NCBI RefSeq assembly: GCF_009914755.1
Contig: NC_060943.1
Strand: one strand, 5' to 3'
Source: the human T2T-CHM13v2.0 reference genome, Homo sapiens
Length of the DNA: 64,000 nucleotides
The position numbers and the translations under genes were made by a program. The number at the start of each line of letters is the position of its first letter. Position 1 is the stretch's first letter. This document shows, piece after piece, positions 1 through 18,380 of this stretch. Under the pieces are notes generated by a model. That model was given only the letters and a program-made list of their open reading frames with translations. It had not been told where the DNA came from and searched no databases.

Positions 1-176
1 ACTGTGTTATATTGAGTGAAAGAAGCTATGCTCAAAAATTACAGTGTTCAGCCGAGTGCAGTGGCTCACGCCTGTAATCCCAGCACTTTGGGAGGCCAAG
101 GTGAGAGAATTGCTTGAGCCCAGGAGTTTGAGACCAGCCTGGGCAACATGGTGAGACCCCATCTCTATAAAAATAT

Positions 177-220
177 TGATGATGATGGTGATGATGATGA
201 TGATGATAATGATAATAACT
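177..220. repeat. (GAT)n microsatellite
   Basis: Read directly. Confidence 0.9.
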
Positions 221-408
221 ACATTACTCCATTTACAAGACACTCTGAAAAAGGCAAAACTAGAGGGACAGAAAACAGACCTGTGGTTGCCAGGGGTGGG
301 GTGGGGGATGGGCGTGACCCCAAAAGGGCAGATGAAGGGTTTTAGGGGTGGTGGGACATATCCATATTTTGATTCTGGTGGTGACTACACAGCCACATGA
401 GCCTGTCA

Positions 409-1858
<1,450 letters not shown>

Positions 1859-1888
1859 CTATATCTTGATCAGGATATGATTAAATGA

Positions 1889-2167
<279 letters not shown>

Positions 2168-2479
2168 TAAAATCTAAACTCCTGGCCAGGTGCAGTGGTT
2201 CAGGACTGTAATCCCAGCACTTTGGGAGGCTGAGGCAGGAGGATCACTGGAGCCCGGGAGTTCAAGACCAGTCTGGGCTTCCTGGCAAGACCCTGTCTCT
2301 ACAAAAAAAAAAAAAAAAAAATGCAAAAACTAGCAGGGCATGGTGGCACATGCTTGTAGTCCCAGCTACTCAGGAGGCTGAGGGGGAAGGATCACCTGAG
2401 CCCCGGGAGGTGGAGGCTGCAGTGAGTCGTGAATGCACCACTGCACTCCAGCCTGGGTGACAGAGTGAGACCCCGTCTC

Positions 2480-2482
<3 letters not shown>

Positions 2483-2512
<30 letters not shown>
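2483..2512. repeat. (AC)n microsatellite
   Basis: Read directly. Confidence 0.95.
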
Positions 2513-2514
<2 letters not shown>

Positions 2515-3840
2515 TTAGCTCCTCTTCCCCCTTATTGGCTGTGTGACCTTAGACAAAGCTCCTAACTTCTCTGTGCCTGGGTAAATGATGAGGGAGTTGG
2601 GAAGGAGGGAATGATCACTGAGGGCAGGTGCTGAGGTCTCAGGTCTCACTGTGGATTCATGCAAGAAACGTTTACAAGTGAAACAGAGGGGCTTTATGAG
2701 CTTTTAGAGGGGAACTGGAGACAGAGACCTGAGCAGCTGACAATGGCTCCTATGTCTCCGGAGGGCAGGTGGTGGGCTGAGCACTGTCAGGGCCTCACCT
2801 GCATCCCTTTGAACCATCGGGCACTCCTTTGCTGACCTGGAAAAGTGAGTGGAGCCATCCCTGGGATCCCAGAGAAATGGCATCGAGGGCACACAATTAA
2901 GAGCATTGTAAGCAAGCCTTGTGAACAGTCAGATGGGCTTGACAGCCCCGTGCCCAGAGGTCTCTGCTGTTTGGGGCAGTGCTGGATACACACAGCAGTG
3001 ACAGCCCCAGGCCTGCCCTCACAGGCTCACACATGGGGAAGACTAGCCTGTCCCCAGACAGTCGCATCCCAGAATGTTGGGGCTGGCATGGTCAGGGGGG
3101 CCCAGAGGGGGCTCCTGACTCAGACTAGAAAGAGAAATCAGGGAGGGCTTCCTGGAGGAAAGGCTGTCAGAGCTGGGGCCTGATGTGTTTATTGAGCACT
3201 TACTGTGTGACCTGGTTTGGATCTCCAAGAAAGAGGTATAGTTTTGACGTTGAAGTGAAAGGGGTATGTATGGAAGGAGGATGGTGCGAGAGAGGCCTTG
3301 GCTAAGAGGCAGAAAGGGGTGTGGGTGGGACAGAGCCGGGGGATAAGGCTGAAGGAAGACGGTAGCTGGTGTGGGTCCTCTGCAGCAGGATCCTGGACTT
3401 TCTCCCGATGATGGGGCTCAGGAAGGAGCAGCTTCCTCAGGTTCCATCCTGTGCAAAGGGAGGACCAGGCAGGAGGAGGTGGGGAGGCTGAGGAAAGGCC
3501 ATGGAAATGAGAAGTGGCTATAAGAGCCACCCAGGGGAGGGGACACAGGGAGGGTGAGAAGACCTGGGCGCCCGCTCCTTTCTCTTCTCTGTTCTCACTC
3601 TGAGCTAGACGGCATTGGCCGGGCAGCTTCCTTGTTTCTAAAAGTTTAAGATAAAGGGCAGGCAAGGTGGTGCCTGCCTGTAGTCCCAGTGCTTTGGGAG
3701 GCCCAGGCAGGTGGATCACTTGAGCCTCCTGTTTGGAGCTGTAGTGAGCTATGATCACATCACTGCACTCCAGCCTGGGTGACAGAGCAAGACCCCATAT
3801 CTAAAAATAATAATAATAATTAATAATAAATATAAATTTA

Positions 3841-3993
<153 letters not shown>

Positions 3994-3996
3994 CTA

Positions 3997-4218
<222 letters not shown>

Positions 4219-4238
4219 TTAAGACTCTGATCATTCTT

Positions 4239-4638
4239 CTTTTTTTTTCAAGTTCCAGGGTATATGTGCAGGATGTGCAGGTTTGTTACATAGTAAAAAT
4301 GTGCCACGGTGGTTTGCTGCACCCATCAACCCATCGCCTAGGTATGAAGCCCGTCATGCATTAGCTATTCTTCCTAATGCTCTCCCTCCCTCTGCACCCC
4401 TCCCCATCCCAACAGGCCTCAGTTTGTGTTGTTCCCCTTCCTGTGTCCATGTGTTCTCATCATTCAGCTCCCACTTATAAGTGAGAACACGTGGTGTTTG
4501 GTTTTCTGTTCCTGCGTTAGTTTGCTGAGGATAAATGGCTTCCAGCTCCATCTGTATCCCTGCAAAGCACATGATCTTATTCCTTTTCATGGCTGCATAG
4601 TATTCCACGGTGTATACATACCACATTTTTCTTTATCC
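4239..4638 (-). mobile_element. 5'-truncated L1PA-type LINE-1 3' end with target-site duplication
   Basis: L1 3'UTR-like sequence on minus; TSD AAGACTCTGATCATTCTT (4221-4238) / AAGACTTCGATCATTCTT (4639-4656). Confidence 0.85.
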
Positions 4639-4698
4639 AAGACTTCGATCATTCTTAATTTTTATTTTTATTTTATTTATTTATTTATTTATTTTTGA

Positions 4699-5009
<311 letters not shown>

Positions 5010-5302
5010 TAAAGTTCTGTAACTGCAGGTTTACTTGATCCTTTGATACTAAGATTCATTCATTCAGTAAATACTTACTGGGCCTCTATTCTGCCCTAGG
5101 TCCTAATGATACAAGGGAGAACAAAATGTATAAAATTTTTGCCATGACAGAAATCACATTTACTGAGCACTCACTGTGTGCCAAGTTTCATGCCAGGTGT
5201 ACACATATAACATTACCTACATGATGAGTTACAGACTTCTATTATCCCCATTATCCAAATGGGGAAACTGAGGCATAGGGTTCTGGAATCCCTTGTTCCT
5301 AA

Positions 5303-5659
<357 letters not shown>

Positions 5660-6049
5660 TGAGCCACCGTGCCCAGCCTAGAATTCTTTGCACCTAAGAT
5701 TGTAAGGGTCTATAATTCTTTGTCCTTAAGATTCTCTTATGCTTGGATTCAAGTGAACAATGTATATAGGAAAAGGTGCTGAATCTCATTATTGATCCAG
5801 GAAATGCAAATTAGAACCACCCTGAGATTCCAATCCACACATACACACAGCAGGATGACTCATATTTTTAAATCTGGTAGATCCAGTACTGATAAAGATG
5901 TGGGGCAAGGAGAACTCACAGCGGACATTGAAGATGGGAGTGAGAATTGGCATAACCACGTGGGAAAAGTGTCTGGCCATGTCTTCTACAGGGGACACCC
6001 TGCAGCCTAACAATTCTAGTCCTGGAGAATGCAGAAAAATGCACGCTCA

Positions 6050-6508
<459 letters not shown>

Positions 6509-6860
6509 TCAAGGATATGAATGAAAAGCCAGGCAAGGTGGCTCACACCTGTAATCCCAGCACTTTGGGAGGCTAAGGGGTATGGATCACCTGAGGACAG
6601 GAGTTTGAGACCAGCCTGGCCAACATGGTGAAACCCCATCTCTACTAAAAATACAAAATTAGCCAGGTGTGGTGGTGCACACTTGTAACCGTACTCAGGA
6701 GGCTGAGGCAGGAAAATCACTTGAACTCAGAAGGCAGAGGTTGCAGTGAGCCAAGATTGCGCCGTTGCATTCCAGCCCGGGCAAAAAGATCGAAACTTTA
6801 AACTTTAGCTCAAAAAAAAAAAAAAAAAGAAAAAACAGAAAAGAATATGAATGAAATTCA

Positions 6861-7220
<360 letters not shown>

Positions 7221-8015
7221 CTAAGCATGGTAGCAATGCACCTGGGGTCCCAGCTAGTCGGGAGGCTGAGGCCAGAAGATTGGCTGAGGCCAGGAGTTCA
7301 AGGCTCCAGAGAGCTATGGTCACACCCACTGCACTCCAGCCTGGATGACAAAGCGAGACCCCATCTAAAAAAAAAAAAAGATTTCCTTTATTAAAAATTC
7401 AAAATCGTAGTAGTCGTAGGTAGCAAAAATATAAAGAAAAGCAAGAAAATTATACCATAAAAGACAAAATACAGGTCACCTTTCCAGGAGGGAGGGAGCT
7501 GTGAGGCATGAAGAGGCATGAAGGAGCTTCTGAGGAACTAGCAACACTATTTCTCTTTTTTTCTCTTTTTTTTTTTTTGAGACAGAGTCTTACTCTGTCA
7601 CCCAGGCTCGCGTGCATTGGCGCAATAGCAATATTGCTCACTGCAACCTCCGCCTCCTCGGTTCAGCTATTCTCCCAGCCTCCAGAGTGTCTGGGACCAC
7701 AAGGCGTGCACCACCATGCCCCACTAATTTTTGTATTTTTAGTAGAGATGGGGTTTTGCCATGTTGCCCAGGCTGCTCTCGAACTCCTAACCTCAGGTGA
7801 TCCGCCCCCTCGGCCTTCCAGTGCTAGGATTACAGGCATGAGCCACCGCGCCTGGCCCAGCAACACTTTCTTAACCTAACTGTTTCCTTTACAAAAGTCT
7901 CTGAAACAGAACAATATATTTTAATTGTACGCAATTCTCCCCATGTTATATTTCATAATTTTCAGGGATTTTTTTTTAATCCCACGATTCCAAATCTCTG
8001 TTCCTCAAATGACGT

Positions 8016-8034
8016 GGCTCTCCAGGGGGCGGTG
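8016..8034 (+). promoter_or_regulatory. CTCF-like motif (forward orientation)
   Basis: TCTCCAGGGGGCGGTG; mismatches at the 5' end of the core. Confidence 0.4.
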
Positions 8035-8839
8035 GGCAAAAGTTCTGAGCCCTGGCATGGAGCCCTGGCACAGAGACCTGGTGCACGGTGCACCAGGAAC
8101 CCACAGGAGAATTTGGGATCTGAAACAGCAAATACAATTTGATTTTCCCAGAAGTGAGCAAATGTGCTGTGACTCTGTGTGACCACAGTGGGCTGAAGTG
8201 ACAAGTTCAAGGGTAGGTGATGTTCAGAGTAGAGGCCACAAGCCAGCGCCTCCCCGCCCCCACCCCACCTCCTGCAGAGCGTGACGCCAGTAAGAGTGGT
8301 CATCTATTTCTCTTCCCACCAGCCACCCCAGAGCCTGGCTCTCCCTGGGAGGAGATGCAACCTCAACAATCCTGGGCCAGTCCCATTCTTTTTGGATGTG
8401 GAAATTGAGCCTGCCCAGGATTGCTTGGCTGAGAGGCTGCCGTGTTGGGATTTGCTCCTGACTTGCAACCACCTGACTCCACAGGGATGAGGCAGTAGAG
8501 ACAGCCCTGCCCCATCCTCAGTATCCTGGGAATGTGTTGGAGGGTATGGGTGGCCCCGACTGGGACACTGGGATGACGGTTGGAAACAAGGGAGGTGAGT
8601 GTGCCATGTCCCGGCTCAAATGAGGAAGGGCCCAGTGTGACCTCGGCTTTCCCAGGAGCCTGAGGGACTTTTGCATCTGTATTTTTAAATGCTGGTGGCC
8701 ACAGGGCAGGTTGTGGCCTTGAGTAGGGGAGGCACCGACTTCCAGGGAAAAGGCTGGAGTTTCAGGAAAGGGACTGTCCCTCCTGGATAGGCACCATGCT
8801 CCACCCTGCCAGGGTGGGCTTGAGAAGAGGGGCTTCTAA

Positions 8840-9560
8840 TTCAATGGGAGGGCTCCTACTTAGGGAGTGGCTAGGCTGATAGGGGTGGCATGATTTCCCC
8901 CAACTCAAGTCAAGAAGGAACCACTAATCTGATGGAGGAGGCACATACCAGCTCCCTCCTGGGGAAATTTATATTTCCTAGTCTAATTTGATGGACAAAA
9001 CTTAATTTTACTCGGACAGCACTCCTAGTCCCAAGAAGGATTCAAGATTTACAGCGTAGTGAGCTCTAGTCTGATGGAGGAGGCAGGACCCAAACCCACC
9101 CACAGGGAGGTTTCCTATGAGGGTGGAGGCATGCCTGTTATCTTCAGGAAGCTCTAGTCTAGTCTGACATTCATCCAAATGTCTTCTGGGGAGGAGGGGC
9201 AAAATTGCTCCCCTCAATTGAGAATCTAGACAGAGGAGGGAGTCATGCTGCCCCACCCCATTTTTTTTTCCTTTTAGATCTAGTCCTGAACCCAGATGCC
9301 CCATGCATCTTCACGGAACCGATGGGAGAAGCAAAATCCACTTTTAGAGATATCTAATCTGTGAAGAAGTCACACTTTCATTCTCAGGGAGATTCTGATC
9401 TGATGGAGGAGGAAGAATGCAATTCAAACCCTCAAGGAACTCTTACACTGATGGGAAACATGTCCCCACCTTGGGGGCCTCCAAGTCTGATGGCAGAGGT
9501 CTTCCTCCCATCCTTGGGAAGCTCTAGTCCAATGAGGGAGGCACTCCCCCACCATGTCAG
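8840..9560. repeat. Old degenerate ~40-45-bp tandem repeat
   Basis: CTCTAGTCTGATGGAGGAGG-like cores recur near 8925, 9063, 9151, 9393, 9481 and 9521. Confidence 0.5.
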
Positions 9561-9615
9561 TGCCTTCCTTCCCGTACCTTCTCCCTGCCCTCTGGCTGCC
9601 CGAATGAGCAGGGCA

Positions 9616-9852
9616 GGGGGCTTCCCCTCCCCACCTCCCTGGTGAATCCTAGAATCAGGGAACTTCTGCAGGAGGACACCACGGTTCCCCAGCCCTGGGA
9701 CTTCCCTTTCTCCGTCAGCCCAAACCCAGGGCCTCACTGGGGGGGCCAGACATGCCTGCCCTGCTGATCATGGCTCACCTATCACCCCAGCCCCCATGAC
9801 ATCACCTGGTTATTGCATGTCCACAGCATCCCAGGCTCCGCGGGGACTTTCC
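9616..9852. promoter_or_regulatory. Cluster of three kB sites, candidate BCL3 upstream enhancer
   Basis: GGGGGCTTCCCC at 9616, GGGACTTCCC at 9697, GGGGACTTTCC at 9842. Confidence 0.55.
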
Positions 9853-10207
9853 ATGCTTGACCTCGCCAGTGCCCTACCCTGAGAGGGAGGAGTCTGTCCC
9901 CACTTTACAAACAAAGCTTAGAGGGCATGGCACTCTTGCCAGAGACCACACAGCCAGAAACTGGCAGAGTGGGGAACAGACCAAGTGGGTCTGACTCCAG
10001 AGCCCCAGCTCCTTAGGAATGAGGATGAGGATGATGTACGTATACAGTCCTCATTTTCTGCCAGGCAATCCTGCCAAGGGCTATATTGCTGACTCACTAG
10101 CTCTTCTCGGCCATGGTGTTATTATTCTCATTGTCATTATTCTGTAACTCAGACAGGGAAACTGAGGCCCAAAGAGATAGATGAGTATGTAGCAGAGCCA
10201 ATACTCA

Positions 10208-10727
<520 letters not shown>

Positions 10728-10867
10728 TCACGCCTGTGGTCCTAGCTACTCAGGAGGCTGAGGTGGGAGAATCGCTTGAGCCCAGGAGGCTAAGACTGCA
10801 ATGAGCTATGATCGCACCACTGCACCTCAGCCTCAGCCTGGGCAACAGAGTGAGACCCTGTCTCTTA

Positions 10868-10887
10868 CATACATATATATCTCTTAA

Positions 10888-10921
<34 letters not shown>

Positions 10922-11096
10922 CTTAAATATATATATGTGTGTATATATATACATACGTGTGTGTGTATATATATACACACACATATACATATATATACAC
11001 ATATATACGTATATGTGTGTGTATATATATGTGTGTGTGTATATATATGTGTGTGTGTGTTGTGTGTGTGTGTATCTATCTATATATATATATATG
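10868..11096. repeat. Compound (CA)/(TA)/(TG) microsatellite
   Basis: About 230 nt of alternating purine-pyrimidine sequence. Confidence 0.95.
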
Positions 11097-11295
11097 CAGG
11101 GCACAGCACCTCAGAAAGGAAAGGAGGAAGCAAGAGGAGTGAGCAAGGGGGACTGTCAAGTTGTAATGCCCCCCCTACAGGAAGGCTCTTGCATTAGAGA
11201 AGTCCCACCCTGGTCAGAAATGGCTAGCACCTCTGAACCCCACCTGTCATTGGCTGGAGACTGCCCAGGAGACCATGCCCCAGCCGGTAAGCTGA

Positions 11296-11580
<285 letters not shown>

Positions 11581-11720
11581 TAGAGGCCAGGCATGGTGGC
11601 TTATGCCTGTAATACCAGCACTTTGGGGGGCTGAGGCAGGAGGATCACTTAAGGTCAGGAGTTTGAGACCAGCCTGGCCAACATGGCGAAACCCCATCTC
11701 TACTAAAAATACAAAAATTA

Positions 11721-12242
<522 letters not shown>

Positions 12243-12249
12243 TTAAAAT

Positions 12250-12460
12250 AATATCTTCCATTTACTGAGACTTTCCTCTGTGCCAGGCCTGTGCTGACGT
12301 GTGTGAATTCATTTGACTCTCACAACACCGCCGGAAGACATGCACTGTTTTTACCCTCATTTTATAGATGAGGAAACTGGGGCTCAGAGAGGGTAAATAA
12401 ATCACCTGCCCAGGGTCACACAGCTGGTAAGTGACAGAACTGGGATTGGAACCCAAACAA
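12250..12460 (-). mobile_element. MIR
   Basis: CATTTTATAGATGAGGAAACTGGGGCTCAGAGAGGGTAAAT..CCCAGGGTCACACAGCTGGTAAGTG. Confidence 0.8.
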
Positions 12461-13066
12461 TTAGACAGGGCCCCATTCACAGATGAGGACACTAGCCCAC
12501 TAGTACCTGATTGTCTACTGTCACCTCGCTGAGACCACTGTGACCTTCCTTCCTATGCCCCGCCTTCCCAGACCCCCATCCACCCACCCAGGGCAGATGC
12601 TGATCTCCACACTCCCCCCACCGAATCACCCCTCTCTGATCAAGGCAGCTGGCAGGGGCGGCGGAGAGGGTGGGGGGACGAGGGTGTCCAGTCTCCCTGG
12701 CCTGCCAAGAGAGGATGTCGCAATCCTCTGACTCAGCGTCGTGCGTGCAGACCCAGCAAGAGGCAGAAAGGGGAAGATTAAGTCTTGGCTTAGGCCCCAG
12801 ATGGGCTGATTCTGCTCAATGCCAGGAGCTCCCAGAGCTGCCAAGGCTCCAGGGTGGGGAGGAACCAGGAGGTGCAGGCCATGCTCCAGGAAGCTGGCCC
12901 GCATTCACCCGTGGGGGTGGGGCAGAGCAGCCTCAGGGAGCGGAGCCGTGTGGACTTCCAGCCCAGGGCCCAGACTGGAGGCAGCCTGACCTTGGGCATG
13001 TCCCTTCCCATCCAGGCCCAGAGTCTCTGTATCCTTCTGTCTGCGGAATTCACTTGCTCTCCCTGA

Positions 13067-13553
<487 letters not shown>

Positions 13554-14266
13554 TGACTTTCCCTCTCCATGCCTCAGTTTCCCCATCTAAACCATTTCTT
13601 CCCAGGGAGAAGGGGCCTAGAATCAAGCTGGAAGGGCACACCTGCAGTCTCCGAGACTCATGGCCACTTCTCCCAGGTCAGAAGCGTGCTGGGGTCACAG
13701 GGACCTGGCTTGAAATCTCAGCTCTCCCCAGTTCCTCACCGTGTGACCCGGGCAGTGAGTTCACTTCTCTGTGCCTGTTTCCTCCTCTATAAAATTGGGT
13801 TTTTAGCTGAATTTTCCTTACAAGGTGTTAAGAGGATTAAGTGGGCCAATTCTTAGTTGCAACTCAGCCCGGAGTGAATGTTTCTGTCTTGTCTCCTCTG
13901 TGAGTAGAAAAGGGTGAGAAGGAGGCCCTGGTCTGCTGGATAGGGTAAGGGTTAAGGCCAGCAGCGTGGAGACAGAAATGAACATTATTCATTCATTTAT
14001 TCCACACACTTTTCTTATTTAATCTGCTCAGTAAGCCTGTGAAACAGGATCTGTTATCATCCTGTTATTATTATTATTACCATTATTTTGAGACAGAGTC
14101 TCACTCTGTCACCCAGGCTGGAGTTCAGTGGCATGATCATAGCTCACTGCAGCCTTACACCTAAAGCAATCCTCCCACCTTACCCTCCCAAGTAGCTAGG
14201 ACTACAGGTGCCTCCTGAGCCCAGCTAATTTTTAAAAATTTTGTGTAAGCCTGGTGTGGTGGCTCA

Positions 14267-14986
<720 letters not shown>

Positions 14987-15187
14987 TTAAAAAATAATAA
15001 AGTCACAAGGAAGGCACAGAGAGGGAAAGCCACCTGCCTAAGGTCACATAACTAGCACATGGACGAGCCAGGGCTCAAAACTATGTCTCTAAGCCCAGCA
15101 TGTTGAATTCTATTTTCCCCAATGAAGCAGGTCCTGCTATTGAAAACACAGGATATTTGATGAGGACAATAATAATATATAATGTTA

Positions 15188-15224
<37 letters not shown>

Positions 15225-16213
15225 AAACTAATAGCAGCTAAATTGCATCAAGAGCCTTCTATACATCAGACCCCATGGGACAGAGTCATATTTTCTTGAT
15301 GTGATCCACTCTACAGATGAGGAAGCTGAGGCTCCACGAGGTTAAGTAACTGCCCGGAAGTCACAAAGCTAACGATCAGGAGACAGGACTTGGACCCAGG
15401 CCTCAATTCAAAACAAAGTAGGACAAGGAAGCCAGATGCGGTGGCTCACGCCTGTAATCCCAGCACTTTGGGAGACCGAGGAGGGAGGTTCGCTTGAGCC
15501 CAGGAGTTCGAGAACACCCTGGGCAACACAGTGAGACCCCCTGAGTCTACAAATTGTTTTTTTTATTAGCCAGTCATTGCGGCACATGCCTGTAGTCCCA
15601 CCTACTTGGGAGGTTGAGGCAGGAGGATCATTTGAGTCCAGGAGTTCAAGGCTACAGTGAGCTATGATCTCACCACTGCACTTCAGCCTGGGAGACAGAG
15701 CCAGATCTTGTCTCAAAAAAAAAGCAGGACAAGACCCAGTAATTGAGCCAGATGGGAACTTAGGCCCTGACCAGCCCTACTCTCTCCTCTTAGAAAGGGA
15801 AATTGAGGCCCCTGAGAGCAAGAAAGCTGCCTCAAGCCTACAGACTTCCAGATGGAATTTCGTTTCCCTCTCAGGACTTTGAGCAGGTAAATTCCTGGCC
15901 TTTCCTCCCCCAGGATGGGTTGGGGAAAAAGAAACAGCAGCTGGGGAGGAGATCTGAACAGGTACAAAGGGCGGCCTGCATGAGGGGAAAGTGGTTAGAC
16001 ACCAAGCAGAACTTCCTGGCCTCCTCTGGGAAGTTTCTAAGACTCATCCAGGGGCTGCCCCTGCGGGTGGGGGCCCTCCAGAGGCCAAGGCCCAGAGAAA
16101 GGAGACCCTAGTCCTTTCCGCCTGGGGTGCAAGGAGCCGGGGGAGGGTGGGGGTGGCCATCCTGGTTCCGCATCCTCCGTTCCCGACATTGGAGGGAGGC
16201 TGCTGTGGGAGCT

Positions 16214-16245
16214 GGGACTTTCCTGAGAGCAGAAGATTCTGGGAA
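16214..16245. promoter_or_regulatory. Composite NF-kB + STAT (GAS) element upstream of BCL3
   Basis: GGGACTTTCC at 16214-16223 and TTCTGGGAA at 16237-16245. Confidence 0.55.
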
Positions 16246-16379
16246 ATTAGAGACAGCTGCAGGGCGGGGCTGCCTCCCAGCCTCCCTTCCCTTCCCTCCC
16301 CTTGGTCCCTGCTGGCTCCGGAGGCACGCCTCTCCACCCCTCCACCCCACCAGCTCCTCCTCCCCTAGTCCATGCCTTC

Positions 16380-17320
16380 CACCCTCGGACCCTCAGATCT
16401 TTTCCCCTGAGCCTCTTTCTTCTCCCTCAGATCTGGCCTCTACCCTCAGACTCTCTCCAAATCTTCTTTCCTCAGACCCTTCTTTCCCCTCCAACTCTCT
16501 CCTCCTCCCTCAGAGCTGCGTCCCCTCACTTAGTGCTTCTCAGACTTCCTCAGACTGTGCCCTCTCCCTCAGATACTCTCCCCTCCCCTCAGACCCTCAC
16601 CTCCTCACTCAGACCCTCACTTCCTCCTTCAGACCCTCACCTCCTCCCTCAGACCCTTACCTCCTCCTTCAAACCCTCACCTATTCTCTCAAACCCTCAC
16701 CTCCTTCCTCAGATGCTTATCTCCTCCTTCAGACCCTCACCTCCTCCCTCAGACCCCCACCTCCTCCTTCAGAGCCTCACCTCCTCTCAGACCCTCACCT
16801 CCTCCCTCCAAACCTCACCTCCACCTTCAGACCCTTACCTCCTCCTTTAGACCCTCACCTCCTCTCTCAAACCCTCACCTCCTTCCTCACATGCTTATCT
16901 CCTCCTTCAGACTCTCACCTCCTCCCTCAGACCCCCACCTCCTTCAGACCCTCGTCTCCTCTCTCAGACCCTCACCTCCTCCCTTAGCCCCTCATCTCCT
17001 CCCCCCGAACCTCACCTCCACCTTCAGACCCTCACCTCCTCCTTCAGACCCTCACCTCCTCTCTCAAACCCTCGCCTCCTTCCTCAGACTCTTATCTCCT
17101 CCTTCAGACCCTTGTCTCCTCCCTCAGACCTTCACCTCCTCCCTCCAAACCTCGCCTCCACCCTCAGACCCTTATTTCCTCCATCAGACCCTTACCTCCT
17201 CCAACAGACCCTGTCCTCCTCCTTCAGATCCTCTCCCCCTCCTCCCACTAAACCATCTACTTCTCTCTCAGACCTATCTTCCTTCTTCAGATCCTCCTCC
17301 TTCTGACCCTTTTATCCCTC
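16380..17320. repeat. Pyrimidine-rich 20-bp minisatellite (CAGACCCTCACCTCCTCCYT)n upstream of BCL3
   Basis: AGACCCTCAC-like units at an exact 20-nt period from 16591 to 16771, degenerate edges. Confidence 0.9.
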
Positions 17321-18199
17321 TTCCAACCTCAGAGAACCATCAGCACCCTCTCTTCCAGCAGCACCGTCTCTCCCAGCCCTTCGAAGCTCCCACCGGACCC
17401 ATCACATCTTCTCCCCTCTACAGTCCTGCTAGGTTGGAACCACTGCACCAGCTGCCCTGGGATGCCAGGAGTGGGACAGGCTTGGGTGTCCTTCCCACCC
17501 TACCTCTGAGGGTCCCCACCCTAAGCCTCGCCCCTCCAAACCTCAGCTTTCCTTTCTGTGCATTGGGATAGTGCTCCACACCCCTCTCCTGTGTCTGAGG
17601 GTCCCCAGGGGTGGGGTTGGATGGGCAGGGAACACAGCCCCCAGCCTGTCCAACCGAATTCCTCCCCTCTTCCCTTGCTGTGGCCCCCACAACACCAGCA
17701 GGCAGGGGTTGCCATTGGTCCCATTTTCCAGAAGAACAAACTGAGTCTCAAGGCAGGGGATGGCTTGTCTGAGGTCCCACCGGGAGCAAGGGGTGGAGGT
17801 GGAATTAACACAGGTCTGTGCTCGGGATGTTTCGCCATGAAGGGGGATAAGGGAGATCCAGAGAGAGGTCGAAAGGAAGGGAAGGGGTGAGGCCTCTCCA
17901 CACAGCCACTTCTCACATCCTGGGTTAACGATCCACTCGGGTGGGGCCCGAGTCCGGCCAAAGTCCCTTCCCGGGGCCCCAATACCCACTTTCAAGGTCC
18001 CAGGGGACACAGAGACAGCAACAGAGATGGGGAGACAGAGACAGAGGGCGGGGCAGGAGACAACCAGAGGGAGGTCAGGCAAGTTTCGAAGACAGAAGGA
18101 GACCGGGGGAGAGAACCAGAGAGACGCCGCGTGCCCCCTGGGCAAGTCCGGGGTGCAGCCCCCATGCCCCGCCCCCTGTGTCCCCAAAGCCTCCCTCTC

Positions 18200-18380
18200 C
18201 GCCTCCTGTGACTCAGTGACCCGGACTCAACCCCAGCGGCTGCCCCGCCCCCAGGGAAATCCGGGAAAGCCCCGGACCTTCGGGGCCCCACCCCGGGGCG
18301 GGGAGAGGGAGAGGAGGGGAGGAGACGGGGAAGAGTCCCGCCTCCCTCCTCCCTCCCTCCCATCTCCAGCCTGAGTCATG
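18200..18380. promoter_or_regulatory. Distal promoter/enhancer module: AP-1, tandem NF-kB, GC boxes, AP-1
   Basis: TGACTCA at 18209-18215; GGGAAATCC and GGGAAAGCCCC at 18254-18273; TGAGTCA at 18372-18378. Confidence 0.65.

Noticed and set aside
10868-11096. Quasi-palindromic CA/TA/TG tract as a Z-DNA or cruciform element
   Set aside because: Ordinary Alu-tail microsatellite expansion with no link to a functional site
16380-17320. CCTCCCT cores as PRDM9 hotspot motifs
   Set aside because: The consensus unit does not complete the CCNCCNTNNCCNC 13-mer
16127-17571. Long Pro/Ser/Leu-rich ORFs (286, 182 and 226 aa)
   Set aside because: Produced by the stop-poor 20-bp pyrimidine minisatellite
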